From: an uncultured Planctomycetaceae bacterium
GTDB taxonomy: Bacteria; Planctomycetota; Planctomycetia; Planctomycetales; Planctomycetaceae
Length of the DNA stretch: 64,000 bases
NCBI GenBank assembly: GCA_963813715.1
Contig: CAWFAK010000014.1
Span: forward strand, 126,810-190,809
Direction: 5' to 3'
Shown: piece by piece, positions 1 to 11,225 of the stretch
Layout of the letters: the number at the start of each line of letters is the position of its first letter
How positions within the stretch are numbered: position 1 is the stretch's first letter
Translations under genes and position numbers: made by a program
Notes under the pieces: model-generated
Databases searched by the model: none
What the model saw: only the letters and a program-made list of their open reading frames with translations
Told to the model about the DNA's origin: nothing

Positions 1-647
1 TGAAGACCTCGGTCCAGATGATGGAAAAGGACCAGACCGATGAGGCGAGTATCGACTCCATCGTGCAGCAAATCACCGGGCGGATGCGGATCATCAATTC
101 GGTCGCCGTTTCGGACCAGGACATGTTTATCGTCTGCGGCGAACACACGGGTTACGGTTATTCGGTCTGGCGGATGGATCACGACTTCGGCAGCCCGAAG
201 CAAGTGATGAAGGGACTCCAAGGCTGCTGCGGCCAAATGGACGTCCAGGTGCTTGGTAACGATTTGCTCGTCGCCGAGAACTGCAAACATTCCTTTGCCC
301 GTTTCGATCGGGACGCCAAGAAGATCGGAGAATGGGGCGGACGCGCGACGGGCGACGACGACGGAAAGTGCTTCGGCGGTTGCTGCAACCCAATGAACGT
401 GCGCTGCGGTCCCAACGGCGATATCTTCACGGCCGAGTCGGAAGGGGTGGTCAAGCGGTTCTCCGGCAACGGGGACTTCGTCGCCCTCGTCGCCAAGCGG
501 CCCCTTTCGGGTGGCTGCAAGAACGTGGCGGTGGCCGCCTCGCCGGACGGCAAGTTCGTCTACTGCTGCGACAAGCCCGGATCCAAGATCAATATCTTTG
601 AAGAGAAACCCAAAGCGCTGGCTCAGGCCAAACCGGCCGGAAAATAA
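1..647 (+). CDS. NHL/beta-propeller-like protein with vicinal-Cys motifs (5'-partial)
   Basis: Frame open from window edge; propeller-like blades (MNVRCGPNGDIFTAES, VAVAASPDGKFVY); GCCGQMD and GGCCNP motifs. Confidence 0.6.
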   Translation, partial: KTSVQMMEKDQTDEASIDSIVQQITGRMRIINSVAVSDQDMFIVCGEHTGYGYSVWRMDHDFGSPKQVMKGLQGCCGQMDVQVLGNDLLVAENCKHSFARFDRDAKKIGEWGGRATGDDDGKCFGGCCNPMNVRCGPNGDIFTAESEGVVKRFSGNGDFVALVAKRPLSGGCKNVAVAASPDGKFVYCCDKPGSKINIFEEKPKALAQAKPAGK

Positions 648-704
648 TCGCCCGCGGCCGTCCGCGTTCCGCTTCGATTCATCGTCCACGCAAGGAATCT
701 GCCG

Positions 705-1595
705 ATGAAGACTTTCTCTCTCAGCCTGATGGCCGTGGTGTTTGCGCTGACGCAGGCCTTCCTGCCCGGCATCTCAGTTGCCGCGGAAGGTGGCGATGCC
801 GGGCTCACCGTGATCGTGATGGACCCGCTGGCCCTGCCGCTCTCGTGTCCCTGCGTGAAAGGCTACGCGCAGCGCGACTACGATCAGCTGGGCAAGTTTC
901 TCGAGGGCCGCTTGCATCAGCCGGTCCGCGTCGTCTTCAGCGAATCGGTGCGCGAGGCGCTCGATAAGAAGACCGAGGGGAAGGCCGACCTGATCATTGG
1001 CAAAGATTCCGTTGTGCGCCGGCAAACGAAGCGGGCGGGAATCGGAGTCGTCCACGTGGCGGCCCTGACGGGGCTCGACGGCAAGACGGTTCAGACCGGA
1101 CTGTGGGTTGTGCCCGCCAAAGACCCGGCTCTTTCCATCTCCGACATCAAGGGATATCGCATCATCCTGGGGGCCGAAGATTGCGATGAAAAGCATCTCG
1201 CGGCCCAAAACCTGATGGTGGAAATGGGGCTGCCCAAGATCAAGAAGCCCGAGACTTGCTCGGCCTGCAGCGACGGGGCGACCCGCATCATCGCCCTCTT
1301 CAAAGAGGGGACGAAATCGGCCACCGTCATCTCGAGCTACGCCAAGCCTTTGCTCGAGGGATGCGGCACGATCAAGAAGGGCGACTTGCGCGTGATCGGC
1401 GAGACGGAGCCGGTTCCCTTCGTCGCCGCGTTCGTCAATGACAAGCTGCCGACCTCGACGCGTGAGGCGATTCAAGCGGCGCTGCTCGACGTCGGTCGCC
1501 ATCCCAAGCTTTGCAAGGCGCTCGAGACCAAGGCGGGATTTGTCGCGTCGAGTCAAGCGGGTGCGTCGGCCAACGTCGCGGCTAAAAAAAATTAG
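705..1595 (+). CDS. PhnD/phosphonate-type periplasmic substrate-binding-like protein
   Basis: Signal peptide, AAGGA RBS, LGKFLEGRLHQPVRVVF and LRVIGETEPVPFVAAFV motifs; extra CPC and CSAC motifs. Confidence 0.65.
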   Translation: MKTFSLSLMAVVFALTQAFLPGISVAAEGGDAGLTVIVMDPLALPLSCPCVKGYAQRDYDQLGKFLEGRLHQPVRVVFSESVREALDKKTEGKADLIIGKDSVVRRQTKRAGIGVVHVAALTGLDGKTVQTGLWVVPAKDPALSISDIKGYRIILGAEDCDEKHLAAQNLMVEMGLPKIKKPETCSACSDGATRIIALFKEGTKSATVISSYAKPLLEGCGTIKKGDLRVIGETEPVPFVAAFVNDKLPTSTREAIQAALLDVGRHPKLCKALETKAGFVASSQAGASANVAAKKN

Positions 1596-2854
1596 TGATC
1601 GCCGCTGCGGCATCGCTTTCGGGCGTCCGTGAGCGAATTTTCGCGGCTGGAATCGGCTCTCCGCCAGAACCGCCGGCACAATCGCCGCCCGCCGTCGCGT
1701 GGACCGGGTGGCGCGGTGCGTCGCGAGACGGGAAGGTACCCTGGCTTCCGCCGAAGCTCGCGGCCAAACCCACCATCGTCTGGCGGCGGCCGTTGCGCGT
1801 TCGCGGACTCGGCGGAGTCGCCGCGACGCGCGACCAGGTGATCGTTTCTGATCGGGAGCTGGGCGATAAGGCCGACGCTTGGCGCTGTCTGGATCCCAAA
1901 AGCGGTTCCGATCTCTGGACCGACCTGATTCCCTGCGTCGGACATCTCGATTTCGGCAACTCGCCGCGCGCCACGCCGCTCATCGACGGCGACCTTGTGT
2001 ATCTGGCCAGCGCCTTCGGGCAATTGCAGTGCGTGAAACGCGCGGATGGCGATACCGTCTGGGCCGTCGATCTCAAGACGGAGTTCAAACCCCAGGCTGA
2101 GCTGCCGTGGGGTTATTGCGCGTCGCCGCTCCTCGTCGACGGCAAACTCATCGTGAACCCCGGGGCGGCGGACGCTTCGCTTGTCGCCCTCGATGCAAAA
2201 ACGGGGTGCACCGTTTGGAAATCGCCGGGCCGGCCGCCCAGCTACGGGTCGTTCCTGGCCGCCAGGCTCGGCGGAAGATTGCAGATCGTGGGGCACGATT
2301 CGGCGTCGCTGGGGGGATGGGATGCGTCGACGGGCCAGCGGCTTTGGCAGATCCCCACGGGCGTTTCGAAGGAGTTCGGCGTGCCCACGCCGATTGTCGT
2401 CGGCGATCGGTTGCTCGTCTGCTCGGAGAATCAGGGCACGCGGCTCTACGGCTTCCAGCCGGAAGGGAAAATCGATCCTCGGCCGCTCGCCGTCAATCCG
2501 GACCTCGCCCCCGACTGCCACACGCCCGTCGTCGTCGGCGATCGCCTCTTCGGAGTCTGGAGCGGACTCTATTGCCTCGACCTCAAAGCGGGTCTCAAGA
2601 CCCGTTGGCACGCCGAGCTCGACCCCTTTGCCGGCTACGCCAGTATCATCGCATCCGACACCCGCTTGCTCGTCACGTCGATCGACGGCGACGTTGTGCT
2701 CGCTGAGGCCGCTGGCGACAAATTGCGGATCGCGGGGCAATGGCGGGTCTTTCCAGACGATCATGGGGTCTATTCCCACCCGGCACTCGTCGGCAGCCGC
2801 CTCTACCTGCGGGGTTCGTCGGAAATCGTCTGCATCGATTTGCTCGGCCGATGA
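1595..2854 (+). CDS. PQQ-binding-like (BamB-type) beta-propeller protein
   Basis: WTGWRG start motif, SPRATPLIDG, WGYCASPLLVDG, YSHPALVGSRLYLR repeats. Confidence 0.85.
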   Translation: MIAAAASLSGVRERIFAAGIGSPPEPPAQSPPAVAWTGWRGASRDGKVPWLPPKLAAKPTIVWRRPLRVRGLGGVAATRDQVIVSDRELGDKADAWRCLDPKSGSDLWTDLIPCVGHLDFGNSPRATPLIDGDLVYLASAFGQLQCVKRADGDTVWAVDLKTEFKPQAELPWGYCASPLLVDGKLIVNPGAADASLVALDAKTGCTVWKSPGRPPSYGSFLAARLGGRLQIVGHDSASLGGWDASTGQRLWQIPTGVSKEFGVPTPIVVGDRLLVCSENQGTRLYGFQPEGKIDPRPLAVNPDLAPDCHTPVVVGDRLFGVWSGLYCLDLKAGLKTRWHAELDPFAGYASIIASDTRLLVTSIDGDVVLAEAAGDKLRIAGQWRVFPDDHGVYSHPALVGSRLYLRGSSEIVCIDLLGR

Positions 2855-2994
2855 GCCCGAAACTGCCGCTCCGCCGAGGTACCCCGTCTCACATGACCGG
2901 ACCGGCCACATTCGTTATCGTGGCTGATTCGGCATTTCTTTCTCGAGAACCGGCAGGCTAACACCTGCCGCTCGCCGGGGCTCTGTCGTTTAGG

Positions 2995-3999
<1,005 letters not shown>

Positions 4000-4089
4000 G
4001 CGGTCTTCCGGCTTTCGTAGGAAGGGCGGAGCGGATCGCGAGAGTGGGTCCGCAGGTTCAATAGGTCCCGGAAGGAATCGGGGACGGCC

Positions 4090-5939
4090 GTGACTGTTGT
4101 CGACGATGCCCGCCTGTTGGAGCTTGCTGCACGTCGCCCGAGGGATGTGTTTCCCATCCTGGAGCGGGCCGCGTCGCTCTCGCCGCTGGTCGTCGTGCTC
4201 ACCGTGTTGCCTGGCGTGGTGGCTTTGCAATCTGCGACGCTCTCCGAGACGGATGCCCAGTGGCGGTTGAAGGGCCTCGAGCTTTCCACCGTGCCGAGCA
4301 TTTTCGACGCGGTCGATCCGGCGGCGACAAGCAGCGTGACGGCGCTTAAATTCCAGCCGCCTTTGAGCAGCTGGTTGGTTGCTGCGGCTGACCGGTGGCT
4401 GCCCTTCGATGCGAATTCGGTGCCCCTTCTGGAATATCTCTCGGCGGCGTGCCTGGTACCGGCCTGTTTCTTCTTGATGTCCCGATTGGCCGGCCGGCGC
4501 GTGGGATTCCTCGCAGCCGCGCTGGCTGCGTTCCACGGAACGTTTCTCCAGCAATACCGACACGCCGGCCCGCAGGCTCTGGCCGTGGCGGCGGCGCTCG
4601 TCGCGTTTTGGGGCTTTTTGGGCCACATCTGGCAGGCGACGGAGATCGTGTCGATCGACCTATTAATCGGCGGTCTCGCCCTGGGCGTGTGCCTGTTGGC
4701 GGGCGGGCCGCTGGCCTTCGCCGTGGTCGGTGTGCTGCTCCTGGTGTCGCTGGTGCGGATCGACCCGCACATCGAAACTCGCCACGGCGGATTTGGCCGC
4801 TCGTCTCCCGCCACGTCGACGAGTCGTGGCCGACGCTTGTGGTCTACCTGGCACGCGGTGCGCTCGGTGGGCGTGATGGCGGCCACGGCCTTTGCTGCCG
4901 GCGGATGGTGGGAGTTGATGATGCTTTACTCCCATGGCCGCGAGTTCGTTGCCGCGTGGCTTTTCGCAGTGCCCGGTTCCTCCGCGTCCGGGCTGCCCGC
5001 GGAGACTGCACAGACAGCCGACATGGCCCCGCAAATCTTCAGCGAACTTTTGGCTGCCGGCGGCGCGCTCGCGGGCTTGACGGTGTTGGGGTTGTGGATC
5101 ATCGGCCGGCGGACGTTTGGCCGCGGCGGCCACTTCGTGCCAGCCAACGCGGAATCGCGGGGCGTCTGCGATTTGTCGCCATCTGGGTCGCCGTTTCCGC
5201 GGTGGTGTTCGCGGCGGGGGTTTGGCGCGGAGGCACGGCATCGCTGTATCTCGACATGTGGCGGCTGTTCTTCTCGGCGGCTTGCGTTTGCACGGCGGCG
5301 ACGGCCATCGACGAAGTCATCCGCCGCAAGATCGGCCTGCTTGATTTTGTCTGCCTGACCTTCGCCACGTTGGGATGCGGTTATGGCTTCCTCCTGACGG
5401 AACGGTTGGTTCCCCACGCTTCGATGCGTGGCGTGTTCATCGCGATGGCCGCCTCACTTTTGTTGGCGAGCGCCGTTCAGCAGTTCTGCCGCCGCGGCGA
5501 GTTGCGGGAGTGGCTGTTGATCAGCGGCCTGTTGGCGGCGTTCGTCCTCGGCGATGCGGTCATAGGCATCTCCAGGCTCGAGGCGGCCGACCCCGATTGC
5601 CAATCGCTGCACGCGTTCGCCCGCAGCCTGCTGCCCGATCATGTCGATGCCGAGGCCTGCCTGTTGATCAGCGAAGGGCCGCCCCCCGCGCGACTGCAGT
5701 ACGCGCTCAAGTCAGTCTGGCCCAAGGCCCAGCTGTTCGCGGTGAGAGACTGGGACCAAGCGCTGAAGGTGGCAGTCGGTGAGAGCGGCACGCCGAAGAC
5801 GGCCGTCGTCGTCGACTGGAGCCGCGGCAACTCGCGTCCGGCCAACCCGACCGGCGCCCGCTGGGACGCTCCGCCCATCGGCAATCCACAGTTTTTCGCT
5901 CAGCGGCCCCTGCGGGCGTACGTGCTCGTCTGGGAATGA
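4090..5939 (+). CDS. ArnT/PMT-family membrane glycosyltransferase, frameshifted near 5160
   Basis: Multi-TM protein with KFQPPLSSWL motif; ORFs 4090-5358 and 4395-5939 join into one hydrophobic protein with a single frame change. Confidence 0.65.
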
Positions 5940-6091
5940 TTTTGGCTCGCCCGCGTCGATTCGCGGCCTCGTTCACCGCGCGGACCCGACCGCGATTTGG
6001 CCGCCAATCGGCGGTTATTGCCGAAACTTTGCGGGAGGGTGGACCAAAACGACGTCGTCGGCAAAAAAATCTAAAAAGCAGAGATTCCGTG

Positions 6092-6120
6092 TTGACGCGT
6101 TTTGTCAAAAGCCTTATCGT
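6092..6120 (+). promoter_or_regulatory. sigma70-like promoter
   Basis: TTGACG-N17-TATCGT preceded by A-tracts (UP-element-like). Confidence 0.55.
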
Positions 6121-6126
6121 CCCGCC

Positions 6127-6315
6127 CGCCATTCGACTGCTCACATCAGTTCGCCAACAACCTGACACCAAAATACTGCCGGCAAAAAGGAGACGCAGCG
6201 CGCGACCTCGCGTGCGAGCTTGTCGAAATCTTTTCGCGCGGCTCATGAGCCAATCGCCCCCGGAAGCGACAGGTGTCCTATGCCCCCCTGGGACCCGTCG
6301 CTTCCGGGCTTTTTT
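6127..6315 (+). ncRNA. Candidate ~190-nt small RNA
   Basis: Promoter upstream, intrinsic terminator at end, no credible ORF. Confidence 0.35.
6259..6315 (+). terminator. Rho-independent terminator
   Basis: CCCGGAAGCGAC...GTCGCTTCCGGG stem followed by C-T6. Confidence 0.75.
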
Positions 6316-6367
6316 ATGCGCCGACAATTCGTTCCGCCAATTCACTGATCGAGAATTGCGGAACCGC

Positions 6368-6652
6368 TTACTTCGGGCGCCCATCTTCAGACGAATGCTG
6401 CTGCCGCCCCTCGCGCGACCGGGAGGCGGCATCCAGCAGGTCGGCCGCGGAGAACATCAGGGTCTGTCCCGGCTTGTGCGCAGGGATCCTCCGCCGGTTC
6501 TTCATCGCCGAAAAGCTGCGACCATTCGCCAGGTTCAAGAGCGCGGCCCAGCCATTCGAATCGAGCGTCAAGCCATCAATGATGCACGCGCTCGTGGCCA
6601 GTCGCAAAAACCGGTCGAGAATGATGCGCGCACTCTTCAGACTCCGCCGCAC
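6368..6652 (-). CDS. Excisionase/MerR-like (HTH_17-type) small DNA-binding protein
   Basis: WAALLNLANGRSFSAMKNRRRIPAHKPGQTLMFSAADLL fits the Xis-like helix-wing pattern (IPAxKxG..hF...DL). Confidence 0.55.
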   Translation of the reverse strand: MRRSLKSARIILDRFLRLATSACIIDGLTLDSNGWAALLNLANGRSFSAMKNRRRIPAHKPGQTLMFSAADLLDAASRSREGRQQHSSEDGRPK

Positions 6653-6752
6653 GGCGAATTGATCCGATCAGCCAATTGAGATTATCGATTAATTCGTTAA
6701 GCTGCGGTGCGGGCGCAGGTGGTGAATTCTGCTTAGGCTTGCGGCTTTTTTC

Positions 6753-6780
6753 TTGACGCTTTCGTGCGCAGCGTTAGCGT
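6753..6780 (+). promoter_or_regulatory. sigma70-like promoter, divergent from the Xis-like gene
   Basis: TTGACG-N16-TAGCGT. Confidence 0.45.
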
Positions 6781-6839
6781 AGCGGTTGTTGGCCACGAGT
6801 TTTTCCCTTGAAGCGGGGTCAACTTAAAGCCGGCAACCT

Positions 6840-6882
6840 GGAGTCCCTCGGGCGCTACCACGCTCGAGGGCTCCTTTATTTT
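6840..6882 (+). terminator. Rho-independent terminator closing a ~95-nt transcript
   Basis: GGAGTCCCTCGGGCG-loop-CGCTCGAGGGCTCC then TTTATTTT. Confidence 0.65.
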
Positions 6883-8540
6883 GTGCCGGCCGTTTTGCTG
6901 GGCTTGTGCTTGGCCGCCCCGGATTGCGATCGCGGCCGTCTTTTTTCAGGCACCTCCTTCTGGCTCACTTGCGAGCGAATCGGCCCCGTTTAGGTCGACG
7001 AGTTCGCCTGTTTGGCTTCGACCAACTCGACGGCGACGAAATCTCCCGTCATGAATTTCGCGATTTCTCCCTCGGCCACTGGTGGAATTGACGATTCGTG
7101 CGCAGTGCCGCCGCGCCGCGATCATGCGTGGCCGGCCGATTAAACCCGGAGAGTTTGGTGCAGCGGCGCGATGGTGCGCCGCTTACACGCTGGAGAATCT
7201 GTGCTCGGTTCCGCCTGAATCCATTCCAGGCACGCTTCGTCTTTTGATTCTGCTCGGCTTTCTTCGCGGCACGCACGCAACCTCGAGGGGCGTGCCGCGT
7301 TTGTCGGGGATCGCGGCGGTTTTCCTCCGCGGCGACAAACGCGAGCGGCGCGGCCGCGAAACGCGGTCCGCCTCAGGTCCCACGAGAGACCGTCTCCAAA
7401 CAAACGGCAGAAGCAGGAGCAGAACCGAAAACAGCGGGCGGCAGGTCGGGCTGCCGCCGCCGCACAGATGGGAGGGCTGCGCTCTGGAAATCATGCCAGC
7501 GCGCCGGGTCCGCCGCTCGCGGTCTCCGAAATTCGGAGATGCGCGGTGCCGCAGACTCTGGCACGCTCTGCTTCCGTGTCGCCAATACTCCCTCCGGCAA
7601 ACCAAAAACCCTCGACCTGCCCCGCAGAGGGACGGACCGAGGGCTCCAAGATGGGGATTCGTCGGTGGTGCAATCGTCTTTGCTAGCTGTCTGTCATCAT
7701 CGCGCATCGACACTTGGTGGCGCTCCGCGAGGCAGACGCGAAAATTTTCTCCTCGAATCGAATGCTCGCTCGATGACTCGGTGGACCCAAAGTTGAAATC
7801 AAAACTGCAGCAATTGGATTCAGAACCGCAGTCGAAGTCGGTCGCGTTCCCCTCGACACGGCGGCCCGACGCGGAGATTGGTCGATCGATCGTCTGAACG
7901 AGCGACGGGATCTCAACGGCTCGCGCTGGACAAGGTCGGCACAACGACGGCGATTCGTCGGACTGAGAGCGCGGCGCGAAGAGCCGCGAATTCAGGAAAG
8001 GGGAAGAGCGCGCACGACTCGCGATTTCGGCAGGGATTCGTTGTTGCGAATTCGACCCGCCACTGCCCAGCGTCCAAGCACCCTGTTAGCCCGCCGCCAT
8101 CCATGACCGCACCGGCTCTGCCCGCGAAGTGCGCGTTTTTTTGAGGGGTCCTTAATCGTAACAAGGCCCTCGGCACTTGCGACAGGCAGTGGTCCATCGT
8201 CGGGATGATGGGTGCGGACACGTTCTGCTGCCCGCTACAGGCCCGGACCCTGCCGGAACAATGGCTGCCCGCCTTGGCATGTACTGGCGTTCACTAATTG
8301 TCTAGCGGCATGATACCGCGCGATGTTACGAAAACAAGCCACAAAATCTGGGGAAGATTCGGCAAGGGGGCGCAAGGGAAATGGCGTGGTTTATGTCACG
8401 AAGGGATGCCCCGGCCGGATGCCATCCACGACGCGCGACCGGCTCTCGTTCGCGGATGGAGACCTCCATTTCCGACGCGCGAGGCTGTTACCGTCCAGTC
8501 GGTAATTGACGGCATCCGAATCGCTCCATTAGATGGACGC

Positions 8541-8824
8541 ATGGGTCGCAAGCCTCTCGAACAGCCGCGAAACTGGTCGGGCACGTCGGTCGGCACTGGG
8601 TGCGTCTCCGCCGCAAGCTCTTTGCCACGCAAGCGGAGTTCGCAGCCGCGCTCACCCGCAACGGCCTGAAGGTCACCACGCCGACGGTCTCAGAATGGGA
8701 GCGGGGCTTTCGCATGCCCAACCTGTCCGACCTCCTGGCGATCGCCGCCACGCTCGAGGTCCCAGTCCAATCGCTGATCCCGTCCAAGGCCTTCCTGACT
8801 AAATTCTGCGATAGCCAGAACTAG
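8541..8824 (+). CDS. XRE-family HTH repressor, frameshifted near 8595
   Basis: TQAEFAAAL..VTTPTVSEWERGFRMPNLSDLLAIAATLEVPVQSL is a canonical XRE HTH; N-terminus MGRKPLEQPR in adjacent frame. Confidence 0.8.
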
Positions 8825-9083
8825 TCCTAGGACAGTTATTATGGACTGGCCATGGTTATTGGCGTCGCCCCTAAGGACGCCCGCATGACCTTGGCGCCGC
8901 TTCCCCTCAACGCTGCAAAAAACCGAGTGCGAAAGTTGGAAATACTCCCTCGCCGCGTGCGGTTCAGGCTGCCAAAGCGCCGCCGCCGATTCCCGTTCGC
9001 GTAGAAAGCGGCTCCTCGGCAGCGCCTTGTTCTGCAACTCTTTACAGTCGAATTTGCGGGACGCGGCATCGCGACCCGACTCG

Positions 9084-9449
9084 TTATGCGGTTGAGGTGG
9101 TGTTTGCCGCCTTGAAATCGTCGCATAATACGCAGACCTTTAGATCGGGACGGTCGTTGCGGTATCTCCGTCCCATACACTTGCCGTGCAACTCGCACGC
9201 GAGGATGTCGAACGGTTGCCCCTTCATGCCGCATGCATTGCAAACGCCGCGCTCGAGGACTTCGCCTCGGTGAACGCACGTTGAGTTAAATGGCGATCTG
9301 AGTCGTGGCTTGATTTTGATCGGCTGTGCGCGTTCGCAGATCCGGTGATATCGCTCAGGGGCTTCTGCGGTCATCCGCTCCACACCGCAAACCGTGCAGC
9401 GGATTTGTCTGTTACCGACGCTGACAAATTGGCATTCGGAAGCGCTCAT
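9084..9449 (-). CDS. Small Cys-rich phage protein (end of tail operon)
   Basis: CTVC, CNAC, CELHGKC, CVLC motifs; ATGA overlap with upstream gene. Confidence 0.6.
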   Translation of the reverse strand: MSASECQFVSVGNRQIRCTVCGVERMTAEAPERYHRICERAQPIKIKPRLRSPFNSTCVHRGEVLERGVCNACGMKGQPFDILACELHGKCMGRRYRNDRPDLKVCVLCDDFKAANTTSTA

Positions 9450-10540
9450 GATGACCCTGCCGTCACTGTGACCGTTCCTGGGAAGCAACTCGATCGAGTC
9501 CCGCCTATTTCCGGCGTTAGCGTAAACGGGCCGGGTCCGCATAAGGGAAGTGGCCCCGGCGGGTCTAACGTGCCGACCCCCACGAGGTAGAACGTCGGGA
9601 AGATTTCGCAGGTTGGTCTACTGAGGCCGTAATACGCCCCCGTATTGAAAGAGGCCGAGACGATGTATCCGTAGTTCCACCGATAAACCCCGACTGTAAA
9701 GTAGGCTGAGTATTCGACGTCGCCGTAGCCGCTGTTAAATGGTGGCAAATCAAATCCAGCGCCCCAGCCGCAGGTTAGAATGTCCTCGCCCCCGCCGTAT
9801 CCACCGGCAATGTAGATTCCAGTAAATGGCAGTTCCCAACTGCCATTGATGCCAGGACCGCAGCAGAAGCCATCGCTCACGACTCCCGAGATCGTCAGGA
9901 TGAACGTTTCCGGCGGATCGACGCAGCCACACCCGCCGCCCTTGCATACCAACGTCCAATTACTAAATTGCGCCGCCTGCATTCCACAGAACCCGGCATT
10001 AAACGTGGCGCCGGTCGCTAATTCTGGAAGTTGGACGCCGTCGTCGATTACGTATGTCGATGGTCCGTCCTGCTGAGTGGCGGTGCATGCAATCTCGAAA
10101 GTTCCCGTCTGGTCTATTTCTACGTCAAGCGAAATTACCATTCCATTGTAAGGCGTGCCCGGGACCTGAACCGGGGCCCCGGCCGAGTTGCCGTGGGCGT
10201 CGCACGGCATTTGAAAAATCTGGTTCTGTGCCCAGTCGATATAAAGCACCCTGGCGCTGCCGATGAAGATGCCCGATTGGGCCGCGTTAAGGTCGTTCCA
10301 GATGGTCGCCTGCAGCGTCACTCCTCCGGCGGACCAAGTCCGATCGTTGGGTGCACTCGGATTAGGAGGATTGATCGAAGCCCTCCATAGCGAGCCGTTT
10401 CCGCCTTCCATCTGAAGGCGCGGGGACGCCGTCCACACTGGATTTCCCGCAAAGTCCGTTTGCGTGAATCCGACCGGGGCGTTTTGGGCCGAAGAACCCC
10501 AGCCGCAGGTGCAACAGCACGCACTTGACCAAAAAGACAT
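9446..10540 (-). CDS. Cys-rich tail-tip / putative receptor-binding protein
   Basis: N-terminal CCCTC, internal CKGGGCGC and FCCG; beta-rich; more AT-rich codons; last large gene of tail operon. Confidence 0.5.
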   Translation of the reverse strand: MSFWSSACCCTCGWGSSAQNAPVGFTQTDFAGNPVWTASPRLQMEGGNGSLWRASINPPNPSAPNDRTWSAGGVTLQATIWNDLNAAQSGIFIGSARVLYIDWAQNQIFQMPCDAHGNSAGAPVQVPGTPYNGMVISLDVEIDQTGTFEIACTATQQDGPSTYVIDDGVQLPELATGATFNAGFCGMQAAQFSNWTLVCKGGGCGCVDPPETFILTISGVVSDGFCCGPGINGSWELPFTGIYIAGGYGGGEDILTCGWGAGFDLPPFNSGYGDVEYSAYFTVGVYRWNYGYIVSASFNTGAYYGLSRPTCEIFPTFYLVGVGTLDPPGPLPLCGPGPFTLTPEIGGTRSSCFPGTVTVTAGSS

Positions 10541-10554
10541 TGCAACCCTTACTC

Positions 10555-11225
10555 TTAGCTGAGGCATGGATTGGCGGCGATGAGTTCCCAGCTTCCGTTG
10601 TTGTCGCCAACCCAATCGAACGTCACGCGGATCGGGGCCCCCGAAGATGCGGAGAGCGAGGCGTAGGGGTTATAGACGTTCGGGATCTGAGCTTTCGACG
10701 CCTGCTCGCTGGTCTTCGGACCGGTAATGACGAAAACCGTCCCGGACTGTTGGACATTAATGGTCGTCTGGATTTGGCCGCGGTAGGGGCCGAAGGCCGG
10801 CACGACGAGCGCGTAACCCTGCTGCGGCGAGTCGACCATCGCAAAGCCGGGCATGTCACGCGTCGCCGTCCAACTGCCGTTTGACGGGCCGCACAAACGG
10901 AACGGCGCATCATTGTTGTTCTTGTTGTGGGCCCGAAAGCGCAACGAGCAGCGGCAGGTCGAGGGTTGGTTGCGCAGACGCCGTTGCCTCCCGCTGGGAC
11001 GCTCGCCGCACCGGTGATGTAGCACGCGTAGGGATTGATTGGATCGCCCGGCTGTTCTCCGAGAACGATGGGCGAGGTGACGCTGACGTCCGAGCCGCTT
11101 GGGTCCGGCATCTGCCAACCGGATGCTTCGATAATCGAGTACGGAGGGATATCCTGACCCGATTGGTTCTCGAAGCCGATCCAGCGGATGCGTCCGGCAA
11201 AACGGCTACTCAGCTCTTGAGGCAT
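10555..11225 (-). CDS. Tail-tip protein, frameshifted near 10940
   Basis: MPQELSSRF..FENQSGQDIPPYSII continues in another frame as GPSNGSWTATRDMPGF..NPCLS; position after hub. Confidence 0.5.

Noticed and set aside
6121..6315. tRNA or 6S RNA at the element boundary
   Set aside because: No cloverleaf, T-loop or CCA; ends do not pair into a 6S-type rod
6900..8300. ORFs 7082-7897 (+) and 7183-7944 (-) as genes
   Set aside because: Arg/Ser-rich, motif-free, no clear RBS; may hide small or frameshifted genes I cannot resolve
8900..9040. Integron attC-like site (GCAGAACAAGGCGCTGC...GCAGCGTTG, minus strand)
   Set aside because: Arms pair poorly; no cassette array or integron integrase
9446..10540. 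Diversity-generating retroelement target
   Set aside because: No reverse transcriptase or template repeat seen in the window
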